Positions 1 to 9,664 of a stretch of 64,000 bases of DNA are shown here, in pieces. Numbering within the stretch: position 1 is the first letter of the stretch; every line of letters begins with the position of its first letter. Location of the stretch: positions 32,001 to 96,000 of IMG/VR virus record IMGVR_UViG_3300048693_000367, one strand, 5' to 3'. The position numbers and the translations under genes were made by a program. This DNA comes from a virus. Its lineage: Duplodnaviria; Caudoviricetes. The notes below the pieces were generated by a model, which did not search any database, was not told the DNA's origin, and saw only the letters and a program-made list of their open reading frames with translations.

Positions 1-240
1 TTTTTACAGTGGGCCTTTGGATTAGCGGATGGCAAAGCCGATCATGTTGGTTTTATTAATGGAAAAGGATATGAACTTCACCACAAGCGTGTTGGTAAAA
101 CAGATAATAAAAAAATGACCATAGACCTTCTAAAAGAAGTTCTGTGTCTATCTCGTTGTAATCAAATCGTTAATAATATTTCGAATATTCCTTTGGCAAT
201 CAGCTATATGAATCCAGATGTAGAGATTATTACACTATGA
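1..240 (+). CDS. Partial (5'-truncated) probable glycosyltransferase, C-terminus resembling NodZ/fucosyltransferase types
   Basis: Frame 1 is open from the window edge to TGA 238-240: ...IDLLKEVLCLSRCNQIVNNISNIPLAISYMNPDVEIITL. The LSRC-x6-SN pattern resembles fucosyltransferase C-termini. The stop overlaps the next ATG. Confidence 0.4.
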   Translation, partial: FLQWAFGLADGKADHVGFINGKGYELHHKRVGKTDNKKMTIDLLKEVLCLSRCNQIVNNISNIPLAISYMNPDVEIITL

Positions 241-1091
241 ATATACAAGAATTACTACCTCCATCAGCAGAATTTATGAGTCGATACAACACCAATATCG
301 ACTTGGGTAGATCTTTTTTGGCAAATAAAAAAATAGCGATAGTTGGTTTGGCTAGAAACATTGGGGCATCTATATCTAACTCAATCAAAAAATTAAGTAG
401 TTTTGCTCAAAATGCCCAAGAATATAAAATTATTATTTTTGAAAATGATTCAGAGGATAATACTAGAGAAATATTAGAAAGTCTTAAGAAAGATAACCAA
501 AATATTGTCACAATCCACGAACAATACAATAGGCCACAATTTGGACAAGTGCAGGATACAGAAAGAACTAACGCATTAGCTGAATATCGCAATCGTCTTA
601 AAGACTACGTTAAACAACATCTAGCAGACTACGATTTTATAATAGTGTCTGATATGGACTTTGTTGACTTCAGCGATCTAGGGTGTTATAATTCTTTTGG
701 GTGGTTGGCTCGTCATCCAGACACCATTGATGCTGTAGCCGGTAACTCTTTTGAATATAAAAATGTAACATTAGCCAATCAAAAAAGTTTATGGAATTAT
801 GATAGTTGGGCTTTTAGATATACTTGGTGGAATCAGTTGCCTGTTTTAGATTCTATGACTTATAATGGAATGTTATGGTTTGGATTTTTTATTATGCCAG
901 TTGGTTCTCCAATAATACCTGTAAATAGTGCTTTTGGTGGCATGACTATTTATAAAACTAATCAATTTATTCAAGCCACATACGATGGCTATGATTGTGA
1001 GCATGTATGTTTTCATTATAGTTTAAAACAAAACATACCGTCATTTCAGCTTGTATTAAATCCTTCTCAAATAATGTTGTTGGACTCATGA
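237..1091 (+). CDS. GT-A glycosyltransferase, CAP59/GT69 mannosyltransferase-like
   Basis: IAIVGLARN, FENDSEDNT, LAEYRN, DMD (DxD), PVNSAFGGMTIYK and DCEHVCFH motifs. Confidence 0.7.
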   Translation: MNIQELLPPSAEFMSRYNTNIDLGRSFLANKKIAIVGLARNIGASISNSIKKLSSFAQNAQEYKIIIFENDSEDNTREILESLKKDNQNIVTIHEQYNRPQFGQVQDTERTNALAEYRNRLKDYVKQHLADYDFIIVSDMDFVDFSDLGCYNSFGWLARHPDTIDAVAGNSFEYKNVTLANQKSLWNYDSWAFRYTWWNQLPVLDSMTYNGMLWFGFFIMPVGSPIIPVNSAFGGMTIYKTNQFIQATYDGYDCEHVCFHYSLKQNIPSFQLVLNPSQIMLLDS

Positions 1092-1225
1092 AAATTATAT
1101 TAATTATTTCCTGTCTATTAGGTATTTATAAAGGACTATTACAAATACAACAAACCGAAAAAGGATACCTCAAAGGAGTTATGCCATCTAATAGTTTGTT
1201 AGAATTTATTTTTCTGAATAGATAA
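1088..1225 (+). CDS. Small hypothetical protein (45 aa) with hydrophobic N-terminus
   Basis: Translated by hand: MKIILIISCLLGIYKGLLQIQQ...FIFLNR. ATGA overlap with the upstream gene; fills the gap. Confidence 0.5.
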   Translation: MKIILIISCLLGIYKGLLQIQQTEKGYLKGVMPSNSLLEFIFLNR

Positions 1226-1228
1226 TTT

Positions 1229-1762
1229 ATGTATCAAAGACTTAATAATCAAAGAGTTTATTTAGCGGGTGCTATGGACAGAGTAGCAGATCGTGGAAAT
1301 GGATGGCGAGATAATATTACGCCATTTTTAGAAGATTTGGGCATTATTGTTTTTAATCCAATAAAGAAGCCAACGATTGTTGGTCAGGAAGATGAAAAAA
1401 CACATAAACATAAGCTTAAATTAAAAGCAGAAAAAAACTACGATGAACTGTCCGAGCTAATGAAAGTAATTCGTTCTGTTGATCTTAGACTGGTTGATAT
1501 TAGTGATTTTCTTATAGTCAATCTAAATCTAGAGCATTATGCTTGTGGTACATGGGAAGAATTATATCTTTGTAATAGATCGAAAAAGCCAATACTTGTG
1601 CATATTGAACAAGGTAAACAACACATTCCAGATTGGCTATTTGGTACGTTACCTCATGAATGGTTTTTTTCTACTTGGGATGAATTAAAAAAATATTTAC
1701 TTTTAGTAAACTCTGAGAATGATATAGATCTAAAAAATAGATGGAGATTTTTTGATTTATAA
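1229..1762 (+). CDS. Nucleoside 2-deoxyribosyltransferase / dNMP N-glycosidase-like protein
   Basis: VYLAG, VFNP, DLRLVDISDFLIV and GTWEEL motifs. Confidence 0.75.
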   Translation: MYQRLNNQRVYLAGAMDRVADRGNGWRDNITPFLEDLGIIVFNPIKKPTIVGQEDEKTHKHKLKLKAEKNYDELSELMKVIRSVDLRLVDISDFLIVNLNLEHYACGTWEELYLCNRSKKPILVHIEQGKQHIPDWLFGTLPHEWFFSTWDELKKYLLLVNSENDIDLKNRWRFFDL

Positions 1763-1972
1763 TTTATTTGATTTTATTAAATTATCTTTAGCCCATAAAG
1801 GCTGTAAATTGGTATAATGAAAACAAATTTTTTGTTTTATTTTTTTCTCTATATTTTTTTGACAAACTTTACAATAATTATTCAATCCGTCTTTTTTAGT
1901 GATATTTTTACTAAAACTACTATACAATTTAGACTGTTTGCAGCATACGCATAGTTTATAATGTCTTGACAT
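1757..1972 (-). pseudogene. Internally deleted HNH-type homing endonuclease (antisense insertion)
   Basis: A CxxC..CxxC zinc finger is joined directly to the C-terminal CFHYTNLQPLWAKDNLIKSNK motif, with the catalytic middle missing. SD GAAGGAG precedes ATG 1972. Confidence 0.6.
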
Positions 1973-2031
1973 ATAATCTCCTTCGGCTAATATATAGCAC
2001 ACCAAATTCGTCAATAGGCAAAAAAACCAAA

Positions 2032-3132
2032 ATGCAAAAAATAATTAATGAAACCAAATTAGACTTTAATGATGTATTGATCGTTCCACAAAGATCAACA
2101 TTAACTAGCAGATCACAAATAAATCTTAATAGATTATTTTATTTTTATCATTCTCCTAGGGTGTGGACAGGCGTCCCTATAATTTGTGCTAATATGAGTT
2201 TTTGTTCTTTTAAAATAGCCAAAGCCTTAGCGAGTCATAAAATGATAGCTTGCTTGCATAAATATCATTCAATAGATCAACTATCTAATTATTTTATAGA
2301 AAATATCAAAAATTTAGATTATACTTTTGTGTCTATTGGATATAAAAAAAGCGACTTAACACATCTATTACAATTTAAAGATAAAACAGGCATACAGCCG
2401 AATATTTGTATAGATGTACCAAATGGACACATGGATGCTTTTGTCAAATATTGTAAAAGGGTTAGGGATAATTTTCCAGAAAGTATTATTATTGCTGGAA
2501 ATGTTACCAACACCTCATCTACTCAAGAGCTGATTATTTATGGTGGCGTAGATATTGTAAAGTGCGGAATAGGTGGAGGTTCTGCGTGTACAACTCGTTT
2601 TCTTACCGGATGTGGTCTGCCTCAATTATCTTGCTGTTTAGAAAATGCTTATGTCGCACACGGTCTTCAAAATGGAAATAAAAAACTTGGTTTAATGTGC
2701 TCAGACGGAGGACACAAAACTGTTGGTGATGTTTGTAAGGCTATATGTGCGGGTGCGGATTTTGTTATGCTTGGTGGCTATTTCGCAGGTGTTGATGAAA
2801 GTGAAGGAGAGTGGGAATTTGGAGGAGACTATTCTAAAATATTAGGATCAAATGAAAAAACCAAAGGTAGATTCACATACTACGGTATGAGCAGCCACCA
2901 TGCTCAAGAAACTTATGAAGATAATATCAAGAACTACAGAGCTTCTGAAGGAACCAAAATTACTGTTCCATATAAGGGAAGTTTAGATGTTATGGTTCAA
3001 GAGCTATTGGGCGGTATAAGGTCATGCTGCTGCTATATAGGATCAGACTGTATAAAAAATATGAGTAAATGTGGACAGTTTTGTAAAGTTAATCAAATCC
3101 ATTCCAACAAAAATCCAATTTTTGGTGTATAA
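2032..3132 (+). CDS. guaC: GMP reductase
   Basis: LDFNDVLIVP, IDVPNGH, AGNV, GIGGGSACTTR, SDGG, GADFVMLGG, YYGMSS and YRASEG motifs; no CBS domains. Start moved to ATG 2032. Confidence 0.85.
   Translation: MQKIINETKLDFNDVLIVPQRSTLTSRSQINLNRLFYFYHSPRVWTGVPIICANMSFCSFKIAKALASHKMIACLHKYHSIDQLSNYFIENIKNLDYTFVSIGYKKSDLTHLLQFKDKTGIQPNICIDVPNGHMDAFVKYCKRVRDNFPESIIIAGNVTNTSSTQELIIYGGVDIVKCGIGGGSACTTRFLTGCGLPQLSCCLENAYVAHGLQNGNKKLGLMCSDGGHKTVGDVCKAICAGADFVMLGGYFAGVDESEGEWEFGGDYSKILGSNEKTKGRFTYYGMSSHHAQETYEDNIKNYRASEGTKITVPYKGSLDVMVQELLGGIRSCCCYIGSDCIKNMSKCGQFCKVNQIHSNKNPIFGV
3124..3131 (+). promoter_or_regulatory. GGTGTATA motif (putative phage late promoter); copies also at 5531, 11816, 12848 and 29724, variants at 32916 and on the - strand near 2003
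   Basis: Recurs 8-40 nt upstream of start codons at gene boundaries. Confidence 0.6.
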
Positions 3133-3155
3133 ACTATATAAGGAGAAAAAACCTT

Positions 3156-3854
3156 ATGAGGCGTACCATACCTCCAATTGATAAAAAATATAGTCACTAT
3201 ACAGTCATATCTGAATGTTATTTGATTGATAAAACATGGTATGTCGATGTTCAGTGCAAGTGTGGAAAAATAAAAAAACAACCAACAAGTAGTCTAAAAA
3301 GACTCAGCCAATGTAAAAAATGTAATGCCATAGAAAAATATAGAAAATATAAAACTGGAGATAAAAAACATAATTTAACTGTTATTGATTATTTAGATAG
3401 TTGTGGCAATTCTCATAGTCAAATCAAAGTAAAATGCGACTGTGGTAATACCAGTAATATATCAACATATCATTTTGGTAAAACAAAAATGTGCAAAAAA
3501 TGCTTTTTATCTAAAAATGGAATAAACCATCCGTCGTATAAAGGAACAAAAAATATAACAAAAACATATTTTTCTCAAATAAAATTGAATGCAAAAAAAA
3601 GAAATTTAAGTTTTAATCTTACTATAAATGATTTAGATAAAGTATTAAAAAAGCAAAATTTTTACTGTTATTTAAGTGGTCAGATAATTGGAGTACACAA
3701 TAAAACAGCTTCTTTAGATAGAATAGATTCTACTAAAGGATATACAAAAGATAATATAGCATGGATACACAAAGATATTCAACGTATGAAAAGCGATTTT
3801 AATTTAGATTACTTTATTGAGATATGTAAAAAAATTACCTCCCACAACTCCTAA
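3156..3854 (+). CDS. Free-standing HNH-like homing endonuclease (SLDRIDS..GY family)
   Basis: Two CxCG..CxxC repeats and C-terminal CYLSG...ASLDRIDSTKGYTKDNIAWIHKDIQRMK; SD AAGGAG. Confidence 0.8.
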   Translation: MRRTIPPIDKKYSHYTVISECYLIDKTWYVDVQCKCGKIKKQPTSSLKRLSQCKKCNAIEKYRKYKTGDKKHNLTVIDYLDSCGNSHSQIKVKCDCGNTSNISTYHFGKTKMCKKCFLSKNGINHPSYKGTKNITKTYFSQIKLNAKKRNLSFNLTINDLDKVLKKQNFYCYLSGQIIGVHNKTASLDRIDSTKGYTKDNIAWIHKDIQRMKSDFNLDYFIEICKKITSHNS

Positions 3855-3867
3855 TGATATAAAACCT

Positions 3868-4983
3868 ATGAAAAACATTAATCTAAATTGTCCAATTAAT
3901 AGTACCGGATATGGTATAACATCTTGTAATATTTTAAAAAGTCTATTAAAGCAAGATATGAATGTGTCTTTGTTTCCAATAGGTACAAATATAGAATTAA
4001 ATTCAGAACAAGATAAATTATTAATTCAACAGTGTCTAAATAACAGCAATTCTTTTTCATACTCAGCGCCGTGCCTAAAGATTTGGCATCAGCACGATTT
4101 GGCACTGAGGATTGGTAATGGGCATTATTATACGTTTCCGTTCTTTGAAATTGATAAATTAACACCTAGAGAAGTACATCATCTAAATTATTCAGACTAT
4201 ATTTTTGTTGCGTCAAAATGGGGCAAAGAAATATTAATAAATAATGGGGTTACAAAACCCATCTATGTTGCACCATTGGGTGTAGATTCTAGTATTTTTT
4301 ATGATCCAGTAAAAATTAAACTGGAAAAACCCAACTATATATTTTTTCATATCGGTAAATGGGAGCATAGAAAAGCTCAAGACTTTTTACTAAAAGCGTT
4401 TGATACAGCCTTTTCTACCACAGATAATGTAGAATTGTGGCTTTTGCCATTCAACCCATTCCTATCTGAACAAGAGAATAATTATTGGTTTAGTTTGGTA
4501 GATCAATGCAAGCTTAAAGATAAGATTAAAATTTTTGACAGACTGCCAACCCAAAAGCATGTTGCAGAATTTATTTATCATGGAGACTGTGGTGTGTTTG
4601 TCTCAAGAGCAGAAGGTTGGAATAATGAAATTATAGAAAGTATGGCTATGAATAAGCCAGTTATAGTCACAAACTATTCGGCGCATACTGAATATTGTAA
4701 CGATAAAAATTCTTACTTGGTAAGTATTGATGAAATAGAGCCAGCAAATGATGGTAAATGGTTTTTTGGTCAAGGTAATTGGGCAAAATTGGGTCAAAAT
4801 GAACTAGATCAAACTGTTCATTACATGAAATATGTGTATACTAATCGTATAGAAACTAACGAGGCTGGAGTTCAAACAGCACAAGAATATAGCTGGGATC
4901 AAACGGCCAATATTATTACTAAAACTTTTACCAAGAATAATAGCTATTATGCCAATACCAAAGCCAAAACCAAACGAAGATAA
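3868..4983 (+). CDS. GT-B glycosyltransferase (family 4-like)
   Basis: TGYG, PLGVD, GKWEHRK and SRAEGWNNEIIESMAMNKPVIVT (E-x7-E) motifs. Confidence 0.85.
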   Translation: MKNINLNCPINSTGYGITSCNILKSLLKQDMNVSLFPIGTNIELNSEQDKLLIQQCLNNSNSFSYSAPCLKIWHQHDLALRIGNGHYYTFPFFEIDKLTPREVHHLNYSDYIFVASKWGKEILINNGVTKPIYVAPLGVDSSIFYDPVKIKLEKPNYIFFHIGKWEHRKAQDFLLKAFDTAFSTTDNVELWLLPFNPFLSEQENNYWFSLVDQCKLKDKIKIFDRLPTQKHVAEFIYHGDCGVFVSRAEGWNNEIIESMAMNKPVIVTNYSAHTEYCNDKNSYLVSIDEIEPANDGKWFFGQGNWAKLGQNELDQTVHYMKYVYTNRIETNEAGVQTAQEYSWDQTANIITKTFTKNNSYYANTKAKTKRR

Positions 4984-5518
4984 TCAAAAATTCGTTGCTC
5001 GTTGTATGGGTAACGAAACCATGAAAAAAGATTATCCAGACAATAAACAAAGAGTTGCAATTTGTCTAGGACAAACTCGTAAAAAGGGACAAGGCGGTAT
5101 CTTTGGTCAAGTACTAGATATCCTAGGATTATCCTTACAATACGACGAATGTGAAGAATGTGGTTCAGTAGAGGAACTATCGTCTGCTAATTTAGTTATT
5201 CCACAAGAATATGAAGATGCTGGCGAAATATCTGAAGATTACTCGGTTGAGTATCTTTTCGAACATTCCAAATCATCAGAATATCAAGGTAGAAGAGTAA
5301 CACTAAATAAACCATTTAGAACACCAGATGGTCCTAAAAAATTTGCTGTTTATGTCAAGAACGGTAGTGGAAAAGTTGTTATTGTACGATTTGGTGATCC
5401 AAACATGAAGATTAAAAAAAATATTCCAGAACGCAGAAAAAGCTTTAGGGCAAGACATAAATGTGATCAACAGAAAGACAAAACAACTCCCGCATACTGG
5501 AGTTGTAAGATGTGGTAA
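4949..5518 (+). CDS. Conserved phage hypothetical protein built of two short modules
   Basis: N-terminal MPIPKP..KFVARCM..KDYPD.KQR.AIC module and C-terminal EYQGRRVTLNKPFRT...RRKSFRARHKC...YWSCKMW module, both recalled from large-phage proteins. Confidence 0.65.
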   Translation: MPIPKPKPNEDNQKFVARCMGNETMKKDYPDNKQRVAICLGQTRKKGQGGIFGQVLDILGLSLQYDECEECGSVEELSSANLVIPQEYEDAGEISEDYSVEYLFEHSKSSEYQGRRVTLNKPFRTPDGPKKFAVYVKNGSGKVVIVRFGDPNMKIKKNIPERRKSFRARHKCDQQKDKTTPAYWSCKMW

Positions 5519-5559
5519 TCTAACCGTTGTGGTGTATAGTATCACAACGGAGACTCTTT

Positions 5560-6129
5560 ATGTTTAAATTATGCCAAACTTGCAATAAAGACATATCTTC
5601 TAAAAAGAAAAAATCAAAATTTTGTTCTTTATCATGTTCTACAAAGTATAATAGATTATTAGTCTTACAAAAAGATGTTCCAAAATTACATAAAAAATGC
5701 GGCAGATGTTTGGAAATAAAACCCTTCCGTGAATTTAGAAAAAACAAAAACTCAGCTTTTGGCTATTCTTATTTTTGTAGGAAGTGCGATAAGCAAAGAA
5801 CTTATACAAGAGATAAAAGAAAAATTTTATTTAATGCAGCAAAAAAAAGAGCTAAAGATAACAACATAAATTTTAATCTAGAATTAGAGGATATTGTACT
5901 ACCAATTAAATGTCCAATCCTTGGTATGGAATTAGTATTTAATACTGGTAAGGCTAGAGATAATTCATATTCTATAGATAGAATAGATTCCAATTTGGGT
6001 TATATAAAAGGAAATATACAAGTCATAAGCTTTAAAGCTAATACAATAAAAAATAATGCATCGTTATTAGAAATAGAAAAAGTGTATTTATACATGAAAA
6101 ACAATCATTACAATAAGGATTTATTATGA
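5560..6129 (+). CDS. Free-standing HNH-like homing endonuclease (SLDRIDS..GY family)
   Basis: FCSLSC and CxxC fingers, CPILG, SIDRIDSNLGYIKGNIQVISFKANTIK; SD GGAG before ATG 5560. Confidence 0.8.
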   Translation: MFKLCQTCNKDISSKKKKSKFCSLSCSTKYNRLLVLQKDVPKLHKKCGRCLEIKPFREFRKNKNSAFGYSYFCRKCDKQRTYTRDKRKILFNAAKKRAKDNNINFNLELEDIVLPIKCPILGMELVFNTGKARDNSYSIDRIDSNLGYIKGNIQVISFKANTIKNNASLLEIEKVYLYMKNNHYNKDLL

Positions 6130-6725
6130 AACCGATTGAAGATTTAATTAAAGAGCAAGAACAAACACTAGACAATACAAACGAAACAGTTATTGAACCA
6201 GTAGCGATCTCAGAGGAAATCACCACAGAAGAACCAGCCGAGTCACAAGAGGTTGTTAATTATTCATCCGAAGAAGTAATCTCTTTACTAAAGCAATCTT
6301 TAAATGTTCATTGGCAGCAAGCCACAGCATTAACAGCACAAGCCGTGCATCTAGAAAGATGGGGATATAAGAAACTAGCAGAAGTAATTAAAGCAGACGC
6401 TGAACAAGAACACAAACACGCTGCTGAAAACATTAAAAGACTAGAATTTTTTGATGTTGATTATCAACCGCTTGTAGTTTCTCAACCATCATGGACACGA
6501 CACGATATGGTGGCTTTGATTCAATATAATTTAAATTCCGTGAGAGAAGCAGCAGCAGCAGAAAGAGAAACAATTGTTGCAGCAAGAGCTATTGGGGACG
6601 AAATGACAGCCAATATGATGATTCCACTCCTACAAGGAAGTGAGGACGGTATTGTTCTTTATGAGGCTTATTTAAAGTTAATTGAACAAATGGGTCTTGA
6701 TAACTTCTTAAGTATTCAGATCTGA
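6126..6725 (+). CDS. Bacterioferritin-like protein with degenerate ferroxidase centre and acidic N-terminal extension
   Basis: RWGYKKL, EHKHA..I.RL.F and LIEQMGLDNFLSIQI align with Bfr (NWGLKRL, EMKHA..IERILF, LIQKMGLQNYLQAQI). Confidence 0.8.
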   Translation: MKPIEDLIKEQEQTLDNTNETVIEPVAISEEITTEEPAESQEVVNYSSEEVISLLKQSLNVHWQQATALTAQAVHLERWGYKKLAEVIKADAEQEHKHAAENIKRLEFFDVDYQPLVVSQPSWTRHDMVALIQYNLNSVREAAAAERETIVAARAIGDEMTANMMIPLLQGSEDGIVLYEAYLKLIEQMGLDNFLSIQI

Positions 6726-6727
6726 CC

Positions 6728-7150
6728 ATGTTTAAATCACGAGCAGACGAACTATTAGAACAAGTACAAACCAACGTGGAATGCCCACCAGCAACACAAG
6801 ATATTAGTCTAAATTTAGCTAATCGTAAAATTTGTGTTGATAAAGCAAATTATGGTCCTGCTAATCCAGAGTTAGACAGTCCACAATTTTGGCAACAAAA
6901 AGCAGATTTATTTAAGACATCTATAGAAGAAGCACAAACTATGAGATGTTCTAATTGTGCTGCTTTTATTATAAAAGACAAGATGCGTAAATGTATCGAA
7001 AAAGGTATTTGTGAAGAAGATATGAATGAGGCAGGAAAGATTGTTAATTTAGCCAACCTAGGCTATTGTGAACTATTCGATTTCAAATGTGCTGGTGATA
7101 GAACTTGTGATGCTTGGATTACGGGTGGTCCTTTAACTGACGAGGTATAA
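6728..7150 (+). CDS. Conserved Cys-rich phage hypothetical protein
   Basis: CPPATQD..LNL.NR, YGPANP, RCSNCAAF and GYCELFDFKCAGDRTCDAW motifs. Confidence 0.65.
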   Translation: MFKSRADELLEQVQTNVECPPATQDISLNLANRKICVDKANYGPANPELDSPQFWQQKADLFKTSIEEAQTMRCSNCAAFIIKDKMRKCIEKGICEEDMNEAGKIVNLANLGYCELFDFKCAGDRTCDAWITGGPLTDEV

Positions 7151-7153
7151 AAA

Positions 7154-8302
7154 ATGGATCGTATACATGATATTCTTAATTCTGTAAATGAAATATTAGT
7201 CAACGCAGCTCAAAAAACCTATAAGGGCCAAAAGCGTAGCGAACTTAAAGATAGTGACTTTCTATTTCCTGAAACACGATCTTTTCCAATAGTTAGTCCA
7301 CAAGATATTCCAGACGCTATTAGTAATTTTGGACGCATGAAAGGACAAATGAGTTATGATGCTTTCTTAAAAAAGCTATACAATATGGCTAAGCGTAAAG
7401 GTCCAGAGTTTGTTGCTGCTTTACCCGACGCGAGTAAAGAACAATTAGGGCTTAATAAAACAGTAAAAGCTCAAGAAGAAGAAAACGACGAAATATCTGA
7501 AATGGATGATTATAAAGAAAGTTTTTATGATATGAGTGTTGGTTCACTAAAAGCCATAGCGGCGCACGCTCAAGATATCATTAATAATCTAGAAAATGAG
7601 ACTGTAAAAAATAATCTAACAGCACCACATCTACAAGGTATGATAGCTGTTGCTGAGGATCATATGCGCAGTATTCATGATTTTGTAATGTATGTAGAGT
7701 TTGAACAGGAAGATGAAGAAGAGGAGGAAGAAGAAGAGACAGAGGAACCAACGAATGAAGAATCTAAGGTAGAACCAATTGAACAAAAGAAGAAAAAACT
7801 CAAAAGAGTAAGAATTAAAGATCTCCCACACTATACATTTGTTATGCCCGATGCTCCTGCGGAAGCAGATTCTTATAATGATATTAATCAATTTGAACTC
7901 GGTCCATCAACCATGAAAAATCTTGATGATCTATATGGTGATGATGAGGAAAATACTAAGCTTAATGATACTAATGCTATGAAAACCATGATGGAACTAT
8001 ATGCTAATATATATACTATTATAGAGAACATAGCAGACCCGGTTGTAAAAAAGAAGTTGACAGATGCTATGAAAAATGTTAGAATGACCGGCATGGTAGA
8101 AGCAATGAAAAAATTTGAAGATTTTCTAATGTTTTTACCATTGGCTGACGATGATAAAACTATGTTCGCAGCAGAAAAACGTCCCGGCTTATGGGATAAT
8201 ATCCGTAAAAAGAAAGAAAGAATGGGTAAAAATTATCGTCCAGCCAAACGTGGAGATAAAGACAGACCCGATCCTGATCAATGGGAAAAATTAACTAAAT
8301 AA
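7154..8302 (+). CDS. Hypothetical modular acidic protein
   Basis: 382-aa ORF with RSELKDSDFLFPETRSFPI module, poly-Glu tract and C-terminal KRPGLWDNIRKK module. Confidence 0.6.
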   Translation: MDRIHDILNSVNEILVNAAQKTYKGQKRSELKDSDFLFPETRSFPIVSPQDIPDAISNFGRMKGQMSYDAFLKKLYNMAKRKGPEFVAALPDASKEQLGLNKTVKAQEEENDEISEMDDYKESFYDMSVGSLKAIAAHAQDIINNLENETVKNNLTAPHLQGMIAVAEDHMRSIHDFVMYVEFEQEDEEEEEEEETEEPTNEESKVEPIEQKKKKLKRVRIKDLPHYTFVMPDAPAEADSYNDINQFELGPSTMKNLDDLYGDDEENTKLNDTNAMKTMMELYANIYTIIENIADPVVKKKLTDAMKNVRMTGMVEAMKKFEDFLMFLPLADDDKTMFAAEKRPGLWDNIRKKKERMGKNYRPAKRGDKDRPDPDQWEKLTK

Positions 8303-8316
8303 TAAATTGGAATTTT

Positions 8317-8616
8317 GTGATCGGTGATAGGATAAATTTTATAGAGTGGCTAATTAATAGACTTATTTATAAGCATCATTATGCTGAGAATGATTCTATT
8401 ATCGAATCTCTAGCAGACATTAAGTACATACTTAAGTATAAACCAGCTATTGATATTAATGATCAGTGCTTGGATAAGATTATATCTAAGTACTATGTGG
8501 ATTTTTACCTAGACAAGTGCGAAGATATGACGATAGGATTTACAGATGATGAAAGAAAATCATTAAGACAATCTATTAAGAATATAGTAAATGATATTTT
8601 AGGAACTCTTTATTAA
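8317..8616 (+). CDS. Hypothetical protein
   Basis: ORF fills the gap in the co-oriented block; GTG start. Confidence 0.55.
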   Translation: MIGDRINFIEWLINRLIYKHHYAENDSIIESLADIKYILKYKPAIDINDQCLDKIISKYYVDFYLDKCEDMTIGFTDDERKSLRQSIKNIVNDILGTLY

Positions 8617-8627
8617 AAAGGAATATA

Positions 8628-9290
8628 ATGTTATTACAATTAAATGGTATTGGTAATCAAAAAATTGAGTACAAAAACCACAACGATATTCAGTTTGATC
8701 ATTTAAATGAATATATCTTATTAGCTAAAAAATCCATCGCTAAATTTTCTAATAAGTTTTATCATGGTCTATCAACAAAAATGTTAAAAGATGAGGATGC
8801 TATCTCGTCTGTTGCCACCGCTATTATGATGGCTGATTGGCGTTGGGATGCAGACTACAAAAACGATAAAGGCACAAAAAAGACACGCTATTCATATAGA
8901 AATCAATGTGCATTATGGGCTATTCAAACATATGTTTCCAAAGACCACAAAAAGAACAAAAAGTTCAAGAAAAAAGTATATTCTTTAAATCATGTTTTAG
9001 GGGACGAGAATGATTCTGAATCAACACAGTCTTTTACAGAAGATTCAAAAGCACTAAATCCAGAAGAAATTCTCATAGAGAAAGAAAATAAAGAACAGCT
9101 ATCCTCTCTAATAGATAATCTACTATCCCTAGACTGTTTAACATCTAGACAAAAAGACTATATACGACTATATTATTTTGAGTCTTATACTTTTGAAAAG
9201 ATTGGCCAAAAATATGGCATCACACGCGAAGCAGTTAGACAGGGCTTAAATAAAGCCATAGAAATGATTAAGGGTGTTATTAATGTTTAA
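8628..9290 (+). CDS. Phage sigma-70-like factor (region 4 HTH)
   Basis: LTSRQKDYIRLYYFESYTFEKIGQKYGITREAVRQGLNKAIEMIK HTH; region-2-like segment ADWRWD...RYSYRNQCALWAI. Confidence 0.75.
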   Translation: MLLQLNGIGNQKIEYKNHNDIQFDHLNEYILLAKKSIAKFSNKFYHGLSTKMLKDEDAISSVATAIMMADWRWDADYKNDKGTKKTRYSYRNQCALWAIQTYVSKDHKKNKKFKKKVYSLNHVLGDENDSESTQSFTEDSKALNPEEILIEKENKEQLSSLIDNLLSLDCLTSRQKDYIRLYYFESYTFEKIGQKYGITREAVRQGLNKAIEMIKGVINV

Positions 9291-9660
9291 TCTTAAAATA
9301 CATTGTGTAGTATTTTCTACAAATATTAATCTGAATAAAAGATTTGTTTTATCATCAGATCCAAACAATATTGTTTTTCCGTGTTTTGATCTAAGCATAG
9401 AACATCTGAAAGACATTAATCATCAAATTATTGAATTTTTAAAGAGCTTTGTTTTTGTTAGTGATTTAGAGTTACTACCACAAATTATCAATATACATCA
9501 TGGAGATTTATCAGAAAATCCAAATGATATAAATACTGTTTATGGTTTTATTATCAATCACACAGATAGTTTGAATAATGCCCATTGGATAGAATTCGAA
9601 TTACTGAAAGAGCAAAAAATTAGTCCAGTATTATTTGAAGTTATTCAAAAACTAAGATAA
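9283..9660 (+). CDS. Hypothetical protein
   Basis: ORF overlapping the end of the upstream gene. Confidence 0.55.
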   Translation: MFNLKIHCVVFSTNINLNKRFVLSSDPNNIVFPCFDLSIEHLKDINHQIIEFLKSFVFVSDLELLPQIINIHHGDLSENPNDINTVYGFIINHTDSLNNAHWIEFELLKEQKISPVLFEVIQKLR

Positions 9661-9664
9661 TATA

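Noticed and set aside
9283-9660. Possible degenerate NUDIX fold
   Set aside because: There is no Nudix box, and the resemblance is too weak to call.
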